Origin: a bacterium
Lineage (GTDB): Bacteria; Zhuqueibacterota; Zhuqueibacteria; Zhuqueibacterales; Zhuqueibacteraceae
Length of the DNA: 64,000 bases
Direction: 5' to 3'
Assembly: GCA_044869275.1 (NCBI GenBank)
Contig: JBIOXB010000230.1
Span: 1-64,000, forward strand
The translations under genes were made by a program, and so were the position numbers. Shown piece after piece: positions 27,857-36,480 of the stretch. The stretch's first letter is position 1, and each line of letters opens with the position of its first letter. The notes beneath the pieces are model-generated. The model worked only from the letters and a program-made list of their open reading frames with translations, was not told the DNA's origin and searched no databases.

Positions 27857-29353
27857 TTAATCATTAACAACCTTCAATGCAACAAAGAAATTGCCGCTCT
27901 GCCTGGCGATGCGCAACAGGAGCATATCTCCTGGTTTGCTCTGAAAGACGATTCGCCTGAACTCTCCCACCGAGGAAACAGGCTGGCGATTGGCTTCGCT
28001 GATCACATCGCCTGGACGAATGCCTTCTTTTTTGGCCTGGCTGCCCGGCTCCACGCGTGTGACCACGATGCCTGAGGCCTCGCCCAAATCATATTCTTGC
28101 GCCAATTCATCGGACAAATTCTCCAACTTCATGCCCAAAGTCAAATCGCTCGGGCGCCTTTCTTCGGCCTCCGGGGAGGTATTCGGCCGCTCGCTCAGCA
28201 GCACATAGGTCGATTGTTCGCGGCCATCGCGAATGTATTTCACTAAAATGCGGGTGTTGGGCTTGAAAACAGCAATGGTATTCATTAAATGATTGTGATC
28301 GCGAATAGGCGTGCCCTCGATTTCGGTAATAAAATCGCGTTCCCGCAAACCCGCCTTGCTCGCCGGGCTGTCCGGAGAAACTTTGGTAATCAGCGCGCCA
28401 TCCACCGAGGGCAGCTTCATCGCCTGCATTAACTCCTGATCCGCCCCTTGTATGTAAACGCCCATCCATCCGCGCACGACTTTTCCGGTGGCGATGAGTT
28501 GCTCCATGATCTGGCGCGCGAGATTCATCGGAATCGCAAATCCGATGCCGACATTGCCGCCGCCCCAGCCGCTCGACACGATCGCGGTGTTGATGCCCAC
28601 CACTTCGGCGCGCAGATTCACCAGGGCACCTCCGCTATTGCCGGGATTGATCGCGGCGTCGGTTTGAATGAAATCTTCATAGTCAATATCGCCCACGCCC
28701 ACGTCCGTGCGGCCCTTGCCGCTGACGATGCCGGCGGTCACCGAGTGCGCCAGCTCCTTAAAGAAGGGATTCCCCACCGCCATGACCAGCTCGCCGACTT
28801 CCACTTCGTCCGAATCACCCAGCCGTGCCACGGGCAGATTTTTTTCTTTGATGCGAATCACAGCGAGATCGGTTTTCGGATCGGCGCCAATGATCTCGGC
28901 GGGATATTGCTTCTTGTCGATCCAAACCGTAACCGCCTCAGCTTCACGAATCACGTGGTTATTGGTGAGAATGTAGCCATCAGCACTGATGATCACGCCC
29001 GAGCCCAGACCTTCCTGGCGGAATTCTTCCTCACTGCGATCGCGCGAGCGCCCGCGCCACCAATCTTGGTGAAAAAACTCCGTGAAGGGATGCCGGAATT
29101 TCACCACGGTTTCGCTGGTGATGCTCACCACCGTGGGCATGACTTGCTTGGCCACTTGCACATAAGCCTTGCTGGTTGCGGCGAGATCCACTGGCGTTGG
29201 TGGAAAGCTGCCCCCAGTCGCCGTGCGAAATGCCGCCTGTTCGTTGGCCATGCCCGAGCGCGGAAGCTCGAACTGAGAAGCGATGATCAATCCCAAGCTC
29301 ACGCCTGCCGCCAGCGCTATGACGATCCAGGTCAAACTTTTTGATGTTTGCAT
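27857..29353 (-). CDS. Do/DegQ-family periplasmic serine protease with two PDZ domains
   Basis: GLGSGVII, LTNNHVI, DLAVI, IQTDAAINPGNSGGAL, two C-terminal PDZ-like domains. Confidence 0.95.
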   Translation of the reverse strand: MQTSKSLTWIVIALAAGVSLGLIIASQFELPRSGMANEQAAFRTATGGSFPPTPVDLAATSKAYVQVAKQVMPTVVSITSETVVKFRHPFTEFFHQDWWRGRSRDRSEEEFRQEGLGSGVIISADGYILTNNHVIREAEAVTVWIDKKQYPAEIIGADPKTDLAVIRIKEKNLPVARLGDSDEVEVGELVMAVGNPFFKELAHSVTAGIVSGKGRTDVGVGDIDYEDFIQTDAAINPGNSGGALVNLRAEVVGINTAIVSSGWGGGNVGIGFAIPMNLARQIMEQLIATGKVVRGWMGVYIQGADQELMQAMKLPSVDGALITKVSPDSPASKAGLRERDFITEIEGTPIRDHNHLMNTIAVFKPNTRILVKYIRDGREQSTYVLLSERPNTSPEAEERRPSDLTLGMKLENLSDELAQEYDLGEASGIVVTRVEPGSQAKKEGIRPGDVISEANRQPVSSVGEFRRIVFQSKPGDMLLLRIARQSGNFFVALKVVND

Positions 29354-29418
29354 CCTCGCACGCCTCCTGATCACTGTTAAGAGTAGCCAAAGATTGAAGA
29401 CCGGTCATCGCATCGCAC

Positions 29419-30357
29419 TTATACGATTTTGACGAATTGATCGCCCTTCTTCGCGTTCGCTCTTAGGCCGAAATTTTTCAATCTAAACACCGTGCCTTTC
29501 TTCGTGCCCGGCGGAATATGGAGTTCGACTTGCTTGCCTTCCAAGGTCGGCACGCGCAGCCGGGTGCCGGTGAGCAATCTCTGCTCGTCGACTTGCGCTT
29601 CACAATACAAATCCGCGCCGGAGCGCGTGAAAAAAGAATGGGATTCCACTTCCACCGTAATCACCACGTCTCCCGGCCGGCCATAAGGGCCGGCAGAGCC
29701 GAGGCCGCGCAAGCGCAGTTGATGGCCGTTTTCGATCCCGGCGGGCAGACGCACGCGAATTTTCTTTTTGGTGTTGATTTGCCCGGTGCCGTTGCAACGC
29801 ATGCACGGCCCGCCGGCGCCGCGGCAAATCGCGCAGATTTTCTTTTGGCGAACGGCGATCGTCCGTTCCGCGCCCGTCACTGCTTCTTCAAAAGAAATCT
29901 TGACCCGGCCGGCAATATCGCGCGGCGTTTCCGCCTGCATGTCGAAACCGGTGCTCGCGCCGTTGAAGCCGAACAAATCACGCAAAATATCGGAAAACGC
30001 AAAACCCTGGCCCTGGTTGAAGAAATTGCCGAACGAATTGTTCTGGTGGCTGCCGGTGCCGGCCGCACCCGGCCAGCCGTGGCCGCGCAAAAACTCCGGA
30101 TCAAATGAGAACCAATTTCCGTTGCTCGCGTCGGGCCGTCCGTAGAAGCGCAATTGATCGTACTTTTGCCGCTTCGCCGAGTCACTGAGAACATCGTAAG
30201 CTTCGTTGATTTCTTTGAAGCGTTCTTCAGCAACCTTATTGCCGGGATTGGCGTCGGGGTGATATTGCTTCGCCAAACGGCGATAGGATTTTTTGATCTC
30301 TTCCGCCGCCGCACGCTCGTTGACTTCGAGAACTTTGTAAAAATCTTTAAACTTCAT
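29419..30357 (-). CDS. DnaJ-class co-chaperone (J domain, G/F region, reduced Zn finger, C-terminal domain)
   Basis: YHPDAN, FKEINEAYDVLSD, CAICRGAG..CMRCNGTG, PAGIENG.LRL.G.G, GDQFV. Confidence 0.88.
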   Translation of the reverse strand: MKFKDFYKVLEVNERAAAEEIKKSYRRLAKQYHPDANPGNKVAEERFKEINEAYDVLSDSAKRQKYDQLRFYGRPDASNGNWFSFDPEFLRGHGWPGAAGTGSHQNNSFGNFFNQGQGFAFSDILRDLFGFNGASTGFDMQAETPRDIAGRVKISFEEAVTGAERTIAVRQKKICAICRGAGGPCMRCNGTGQINTKKKIRVRLPAGIENGHQLRLRGLGSAGPYGRPGDVVITVEVESHSFFTRSGADLYCEAQVDEQRLLTGTRLRVPTLEGKQVELHIPPGTKKGTVFRLKNFGLRANAKKGDQFVKIV

Positions 30358-30454
30358 CCGTCCTGCAACCGCCAATTGGGGGGTTTGTTTCGGTCTTCCA
30401 ACATTTGTCTGCTGGCATCATTCAAACACGCGAGAGGCCAATGATTCTAACGTG

Positions 30455-30469
30455 GCAAGTGTAATGCCG
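30455..30469 (-). promoter_or_regulatory. Candidate sigma-54 -24/-12 promoter upstream of the dnaJ-like/degQ genes
   Basis: Minus strand CGGCATTACACTTGC(C): GG-N10-GC with TTGC, about 100 bp before the ATG. Confidence 0.6.
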
Positions 30470-30712
30470 TAAAATGTACCATCCCAAAGAATCTTCTTCA
30501 AACAAAAATCTCTCAATTTTCAACAAAAATGGCGGGATAGAAGGCCGGGCGCAAAATCAAAAAAGGTTTGCTCGCCCGCCCTGTTCGACAAGACTGCGAG
30601 CGCTCTGTCAAACTGGCCTAAAAACGGCAAAACTGGCAGAAGGGAAACTAAGCATAGCAAGAGCGAAAAAGTGATTCTTCACACGAAACACTCGCCCTTG
30701 ATTGGAAAAAAC

Positions 30713-30937
30713 TCAACCCTGGCGTTTGAGTTTTTTCCATAGACGTTCGATCGGCGCAGGGAAGACAAGCCATACCGCATAGCCGATCAACAGCAAACCG
30801 GGGATGATAGGCAGAACCAAGCCGAGCAAGCCGAGGGCAAAAAATTTCGCGGCAGTGCGCAGTTTGTTCTTGCGCCATGCGGCGTTTTTTTCAGGCAGGT
30901 TGAGCCGAGCTGCCGGCGCGTTGGTATTCATCGTCAA
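30713..30937 (-). CDS. Small hypothetical membrane protein (PGPGW-like hairpin)
   Basis: LGLLGLVLPIIPGLLLIGY hydrophobic hairpin flanked by basic residues. Confidence 0.6.
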   Translation of the reverse strand: MTMNTNAPAARLNLPEKNAAWRKNKLRTAAKFFALGLLGLVLPIIPGLLLIGYAVWLVFPAPIERLWKKLKRQG

Positions 30938-30995
30938 TAATCGTGGGTCCCTACAGGTCGCGGCGCGGCCTCGTCAATCATTTAAGGCCGTGCGC

Positions 30996-31925
30996 TTATC
31001 GCAAATTCTTGGTCATAATCAGACGGTTGCCTTTAAGCGCATTGGGATAATACTCCAGACGATCGACGGCGCGCTTGATGATGTGCATGCCGAAACCGCC
31101 GGTGCGCCGTTTCTCGACCGCTTCTTGAACGTCATATTCTTTCTGAAGTTTCATTTCGAAGCTCAAGCCGTGATCGGTGATTACGATCACGAAGCGCTCG
31201 GAAGTATAATGCACCGTCAAATCGATGTCATTGCCGGGACTGGAATGATACGCGTGCTCGATCACATTCAAACAAGCTTCATACACCGCAATGCGAATCT
31301 TGCCGATTTCCTTGTCTTTCATCCCTGCGCGCTTGGCGTGCTCCACCACGAAATCGCACAACTGGTAGAGATTGGCGGCCTGGCTGTCGGCACGGCAGGA
31401 GTGTGTTTGGATGCGCAGCTCTTCCGCGTGTTTCGGCGCGGCAAAAAAATCCTCGGCCTTTTCCGGCAGCAAAGCCTTGTCGAGCTGGAGCACGACCGGT
31501 GGCTCGGCAATCTCCACCAAAGCCTTGGCATCCAGGTCGGCTTCTGTGGCAGCCGGCGCGAAACTGGGGAGCGCCATCGTAGCGGCGCTGGTCGCAGGCT
31601 CTTGCCCGGCGGCAAGAAAGTGCAAGGCGCTGAAGGTCAAAAAATTGTCGCGCGCGGTATGCGCGACGTTTTCCAAAATCACCTCGCCTTTGAGCTGGCG
31701 CGCGCGCACTGTGGTGGAAATCAACAGCGCAATGATATTCGTGGAAGGATAAGGCAGCTCGCGCATATCGAGGACATAATGGCGGCAGCGCTCGGCAAAA
31801 GCGCTTTCAAAAAACGCCTGCAAGCCAGCGAACAATTCTCCTGCGGGCGCATCCTTCACAAAAAGAATTTTCATCAGGCGAGGCGGGCCTTCCACCGTCT
31901 CGACCTGGAAAAAAGGCGAGGGCAT
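30996..31925 (-). CDS. STAS domain / anti-sigma factor (RsbW-like HATPase) fusion
   Basis: N-terminal VLDMRELPYPSTNIIALLI...GEVILEN (STAS-like); C-terminal IAVYEACLNVIEHAY, ITDHG, GGFGMHIIKRAVD, GNRLIMTK. Confidence 0.8.
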   Translation of the reverse strand: MPSPFFQVETVEGPPRLMKILFVKDAPAGELFAGLQAFFESAFAERCRHYVLDMRELPYPSTNIIALLISTTVRARQLKGEVILENVAHTARDNFLTFSALHFLAAGQEPATSAATMALPSFAPAATEADLDAKALVEIAEPPVVLQLDKALLPEKAEDFFAAPKHAEELRIQTHSCRADSQAANLYQLCDFVVEHAKRAGMKDKEIGKIRIAVYEACLNVIEHAYHSSPGNDIDLTVHYTSERFVIVITDHGLSFEMKLQKEYDVQEAVEKRRTGGFGMHIIKRAVDRLEYYPNALKGNRLIMTKNLR

Positions 31926-32086
31926 AGACTAAGATGTGATGAAAGTCATGAAGCACGATAACTCAGAAAAAACTGCCCGTTCTCGCCCGCGAAAAGCACA
32001 CAAACCGCGGGAAATTTCTGGCGTGGTTGGGCGTTCATGCGGGCGTACTCGGCTGCAATTTGCGGAAAGACATACCTCGAGGCGGA

Positions 32087-33808
32087 CTAGTTTTGGGCCG
32101 CCATGGAGCGGGCGTGCTCGGTCATAGTTGCAGCGCCGGTTGTTTGATGGTTCCGTTCTTCTTCCACCAGCACGCGGCGCAAAACTTTGCCGATCATGCT
32201 CTTGGGCAATTCCCGCCGGAACTCCACCAGCTTGGGCGCTTTGAATTTTGCCAGGTACTGCTGGCAATACGCGATCATTTCCTCCTCGGTGGCCCTCTGG
32301 TCGTCTTTCAAAACGATGAACGCCTTGACGGTTTCGCCGCGATACAGGTCGTGCGTGCCGATGACAGCCGCTTCTTTCACTTTGGGATTATTATACAGAA
32401 CTTCTTCGATTTCGCGGGGATAAATGTTGAAGCCGCCCGCGATAATCATATCTTTTTTGCGATCGACGATGTAAAAATAACCGTCCTCGTCCATCTTCGC
32501 AATGTCGCCGGTCAAAAACCATCCCTCGTGCATCGCTTGCCCGGTTTCTTCCGCCATGTTCCAGTAGCCCAGCATTACTTGCGGCCCGCGTACTGCCAAT
32601 TCGCCGGCTCGATTGGGAGGCAACGGTTCATGCGTTTCCAGATCCAAGATCGCCGCTTCCGTGCCGGGCAGGGGCAACCCGATCGAGCCCTCGCGCCGCT
32701 CACCGGTAATGGGATTGCAATGCGTCACCGGCGAGGTTTCCGACAAGCCATAACCTTCCACCAACCGCGCGCCGTGCGTGATTTTTTCGAATCTTTTCGC
32801 CACTTCCAAGGGCAGCGCCGCACCGCCACTCATGCAGGCGCGAATTTTTTTCAAATCGTACTGCGGTGTTTTGGGATGATTGTTCACGGCCACGTACATG
32901 GTGGGCACGCCGGGGAAAAGAGTGACATGGTATTTGGCCAGCGCTTGCAACACGGTTTCGACCTCGAAGCGCGGAATCAAAACATTCGCGGCGCCGATAT
33001 AAACGCTCATATGCAAACACGTCGTCATGCCATAGCTGTGAAAGAAAGGCAAAGCCGCGAGCTTCACCTCCTTTCCTGGGCGAATGCCCGGAAACCAGCT
33101 CCGGACTTGCACGAGATTGGCGACGAGATTGCGATGGGTCAATACTGCGCCTTTGGAAACGCCGGTGGTGCCGCCGGTGTACAAAAAAATGGCAACGTCC
33201 TCCGGTTTGATTTCGACGCGCGGCGGCGGGGGATGACTTCTCTTGAACAATTCAGAAAAAAGATGCGTATGCGCTTGCGGCAGAATTTTGACCCACCGGC
33301 CTTCACGCTTGGCTTTGAACGGATAGAGCTGCCGTTTTACTGCCGGCAAAAATTCGCCGACGCCGGTGTAGAGCACTTCGCGCAGCGCGGTTCTGCCGCG
33401 CACGGCTTCGAGGCGGGGAAACAACAAATCAAGCGCCACCGCCACTTCTGCCCCGCTGTCACGCAGTTGATATTCCAACTCCCGCTCGACGTACAAAGGA
33501 TTCGTTGGCACGGCAATGGCGCCCAGCTGCATGATGGCATAGTGCACGATAGCATACTGCGGAATATTCGGCAAAATGATGGCGACGCGACTGCCCTGCT
33601 GGACGCGCAGGTGCGCCAGCGCCGCAGCAAAGCGCGCAACCCAAGCCCCCAGCTGGCGATAATTCATGCGCCGCCCGAAATAGATGAGCGCCGTGGAATC
33701 AGCATAATCCCGCACTGCCTGCGCGAATACCTCCGCGATGGTCAGATCCGGAATGCTGATCGACCGCGGTACGTGCGCCTCGTAATGGTGCAGCCAGGGT
33801 TTTTCCAT
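32087..33808 (-). CDS. Long-chain-fatty-acid--CoA ligase
   Basis: YTGGTTGVSKG, EGYGLSETSP, GWFLTGDI, DRKKDMII, LPKSMIGKVLRR. Confidence 0.94.
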   Translation of the reverse strand: MEKPWLHHYEAHVPRSISIPDLTIAEVFAQAVRDYADSTALIYFGRRMNYRQLGAWVARFAAALAHLRVQQGSRVAIILPNIPQYAIVHYAIMQLGAIAVPTNPLYVERELEYQLRDSGAEVAVALDLLFPRLEAVRGRTALREVLYTGVGEFLPAVKRQLYPFKAKREGRWVKILPQAHTHLFSELFKRSHPPPPRVEIKPEDVAIFLYTGGTTGVSKGAVLTHRNLVANLVQVRSWFPGIRPGKEVKLAALPFFHSYGMTTCLHMSVYIGAANVLIPRFEVETVLQALAKYHVTLFPGVPTMYVAVNNHPKTPQYDLKKIRACMSGGAALPLEVAKRFEKITHGARLVEGYGLSETSPVTHCNPITGERREGSIGLPLPGTEAAILDLETHEPLPPNRAGELAVRGPQVMLGYWNMAEETGQAMHEGWFLTGDIAKMDEDGYFYIVDRKKDMIIAGGFNIYPREIEEVLYNNPKVKEAAVIGTHDLYRGETVKAFIVLKDDQRATEEEMIAYCQQYLAKFKAPKLVEFRRELPKSMIGKVLRRVLVEEERNHQTTGAATMTEHARSMAAQN

Positions 33809-34267
33809 CGCCTTCTCTGTGCTTGTGAAACGGGGGCTATGCGAGCGAAGGGCATTCAAGCTTCTTGCATCGACCAGCCGCAAGCCGGGTTTCGCTCATG
33901 GCGGTGATTGATCGAGGCAAAATTATAGAAAGGGCAGGGTAGAATCAAGAAAAATATTAGCCGAGAGCAGACTTGTGGGCTCCGGTATCCGGGCGGCGGA
34001 CAAGCTCAAAAGCGATTCCTCATATCAGAAAGGGCCTTGCCTTGTTGGCACCGCCGGTGGCTACAAAACCCGGTTCAAAATAATTCTTGCCTCTCACCCA
34101 AAATTTGTGAACTTTGTCGCTGGCATGGTTGTTTAAATGTTGTCTTGTTCGTTGGGTAAAGCGAACAAATTGGTTCCGCGGTGCCATAGAGTACAAAAAT
34201 CCACCCACCCTTTTTGAGATCGAATATGCGGTCTCTATATCAAGGTCAAATGCCTTCGGAGGACAGT

Positions 34268-35269
34268 ATGCCATCATCCCCGTGCGCATCTCATTTCACG
34301 CCAGCACGCCGCCACAATTTTGCGCTGTTTGGTATTTTGGTTCTTGCCTTCGGATTTTGGGCCTGTGGCGGCAGCCGCCTGACGACGGAACGAGCGTTCC
34401 AGGAGCTGAAACCCAAGGAGCAGCTTCCCGAACGCGAATTGCGCAACCTGCCGAATAATTTGATTATCAAGATCGACAACGTCGCCGACGATCGTGAAAG
34501 CTACAAGAATTACGTTGTGCTCCGCATCAACGGACGCGAAATTGCACCGATTGAGAAGATCTCCAACTTTTCTCCTGTCTATTCCTATCCGATGCGCCTG
34601 CAGGATGGCGTTTATGAGATCAAGGCGGAATACCATGCTGTGGGTTATTGGCTTGAGCGCACGTTCAAAATCGAGCCGGACGAGGCGGTGAAAATCATGC
34701 CCAATCAGCGCACGGTCTTGGAGGCCCGGCTGGAGAAAAATCATCGCGGTGATCTGGAGGAAGATCCGGCCAGATTTCGCATTGCCTATGAAAATCTTGC
34801 CCCTCCGCCTGAATCGAGAATCGAGCCCTTTTCCTCCTCCCAGCTGATGCCGGCTGCGGCGTCGAGCAATATCGTGGTTCCGCCGCTGCGTGATGCTGAT
34901 GAGGCGTACAAAAAAACGCAGCCGAGCAAATTGCCGGCCTCCTCAACTCCGGTGCCCGTGGTCCCGCCGCTGGTGAGTGAGCCGGTCACCACGGCGCCGG
35001 ACAGCGACACTCCGGTCAACAGCGCGATGACCACGCTGCAGATCAACACCAGCCCCGCGGGCGCCGACGTGATCGTGGACTATCGTTATTACGGCCAATC
35101 GCCGGTTAAAGTCACCATCGACAAAAATCAAAATCACGTCATTCAAATCTCCCTCGACGGCTATAAAGAAGTCGTCAAGATTCTCAATGCCGCGGACCTG
35201 CAAAACGAAAAAGTGATCCCGTATGTGATCAAGATGGAGGCCGTGAACGCCGAGAAGAAGATCGAATAG
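34268..35269 (+). CDS. PEGA-domain lipoprotein
   Basis: Lipobox-like FWAC, Pro/Ser-rich linker, C-terminal LQINTSPAGADVIVD..YYGQSP PEGA domain. Start codon uncertain. Confidence 0.72.
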   Translation: MPSSPCASHFTPARRHNFALFGILVLAFGFWACGGSRLTTERAFQELKPKEQLPERELRNLPNNLIIKIDNVADDRESYKNYVVLRINGREIAPIEKISNFSPVYSYPMRLQDGVYEIKAEYHAVGYWLERTFKIEPDEAVKIMPNQRTVLEARLEKNHRGDLEEDPARFRIAYENLAPPPESRIEPFSSSQLMPAAASSNIVVPPLRDADEAYKKTQPSKLPASSTPVPVVPPLVSEPVTTAPDSDTPVNSAMTTLQINTSPAGADVIVDYRYYGQSPVKVTIDKNQNHVIQISLDGYKEVVKILNAADLQNEKVIPYVIKMEAVNAEKKIE

Positions 35270-35369
35270 TTTTTACAGGCGACTCCATCTTGGCTTCTAA
35301 TCGGCGCCCCGGCATCGGTCGAAGGCGTGGCGGGTCCAAGCACTCAGGATGCATCAGGCAAGAATTCAC

Positions 35370-35394
35370 AACCAGCCCTCGGGCTGGTTTTTTT
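35370..35394 (+). terminator. Rho-independent terminator
   Basis: AACCAGCCC-TC-GGGCTGGTT followed by a T-run. Confidence 0.8.
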
Positions 35395-35480
35395 ATTGCC
35401 AAGAATTGCTTGCAAGTTTGATTTTTTCGGATCATTTTACCTTGGTGCATAGCGAAAGAGCGATTACTTTCCCGGGAAGG

Positions 35481-35495
35481 TGGCACAGCATATGC
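35481..35495 (+). promoter_or_regulatory. Candidate sigma-54 -24/-12 promoter of the ccsA/hemX-activator operon
   Basis: TGGCACAGCATATGC: consensus TGGCAC -24 box and GG-N10-GC spacing, about 165 bp upstream of ATG 35659. Confidence 0.6.
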
Positions 35496-35658
35496 GAACG
35501 ATCCAATAAGTTTGGCAAAGCATATTGTGATGCCAACGGGATGATTCTTTGGGAGAATCTGGTTCGTTTCAACTCAGGAAAAAAATCGGGAGCATAGCCA
35601 TTTTAATCACAGTTTTTTTCCCATCCATATCGTTGCTGTCCTTGCAGGGGCCTCAGGC

Positions 35659-36477
35659 ATGATCCGGCTCGAACAATGGCTGGTCGCAGCCGCCTATGCT
35701 CTCGCCTTCGCGCATTATCTCAGCGCTTTTCGCCATGCCAAAGCGCAAAGCTCTCTGCGCTCCAGCCGTCTTGCCGGTCTTGCTGTCGTGCTGCATCTGG
35801 CTTATCTCTGCCACTTGGCCGTTCGCATGGGGCGTCTGCCCGTAACCGGCGTTTTCGAAGCGCTCACGACCTGCGCGTGGCTGTTTGCGGTGGTCTACTG
35901 GGTGCTGGAGTGGCGCCTGCGCGAGCCTTCCTTGGGGTTGTTCATCTTGCCGTTCATTTTGATTTTGCACCTTCTCTCCAATTTCTTTCTCGATCTCAAC
36001 CGCCAGCTGCCGCCGGTGCTGCTGAAGGAAGTCGTGTTTGAAATTCACGTGATCATTTTGCTGCTGGCTTATTCCGCGTTCGCCATCTCCTTTATCGGCA
36101 GCCTTTTTTACCTCCTACTTTCGCGCGAGATTCAAAAGAAAAGCATGGGCTTGTTTTATCGGCGCCTGCCCTCGCTGGCGTTCTTCGACACGCTCAACAA
36201 TCGCGGCGTGAACATCGGATTGATGTTCCTGACACTGGGTGTTGCGCTCGGCGCTTACGAAGGCCTCAAGCTCGCCGAGCAATTTCTGCAATGGGACGCC
36301 AAATATCTCGCCGTGGCACTGACCTGGGCGATTTATGCTCTGCATTTGCTGGGAAGACGGGCCCTGGGCTGGCAAGGCAAGCGCGCCGCGCTCATCTCTG
36401 TGCTCGGCTTCAGCTGCCTGCTGTTCTCGTTTATCATCGTTTCGACCTCCCTATCACAAGTTCATCATTTCCGTTGA
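35659..36477 (+). CDS. CcsA/HemX-family (Cytochrom_C_asm) membrane protein
   Basis: About 8 TM helices, GRLPV...EAL, EIHV..LLLAYSAFA, RRLPSL, WDAK....LTW.IY, GWQGKRAA. Confidence 0.88.
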   Translation: MIRLEQWLVAAAYALAFAHYLSAFRHAKAQSSLRSSRLAGLAVVLHLAYLCHLAVRMGRLPVTGVFEALTTCAWLFAVVYWVLEWRLREPSLGLFILPFILILHLLSNFFLDLNRQLPPVLLKEVVFEIHVIILLLAYSAFAISFIGSLFYLLLSREIQKKSMGLFYRRLPSLAFFDTLNNRGVNIGLMFLTLGVALGAYEGLKLAEQFLQWDAKYLAVALTWAIYALHLLGRRALGWQGKRAALISVLGFSCLLFSFIIVSTSLSQVHHFR

Positions 36478-36480
36478 GCC

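Noticed and set aside
34020..34289. 89-aa minus-strand ORF in the divergent promoter region
   Set aside because: No motif, and it overlaps the likely start region of the PEGA gene.
35275..35370. Possible structured ncRNA between the PEGA gene and its terminator
   Set aside because: GC-rich but no recognisable riboswitch, 6S, SRP or tRNA signature by eye; would need an Rfam scan.
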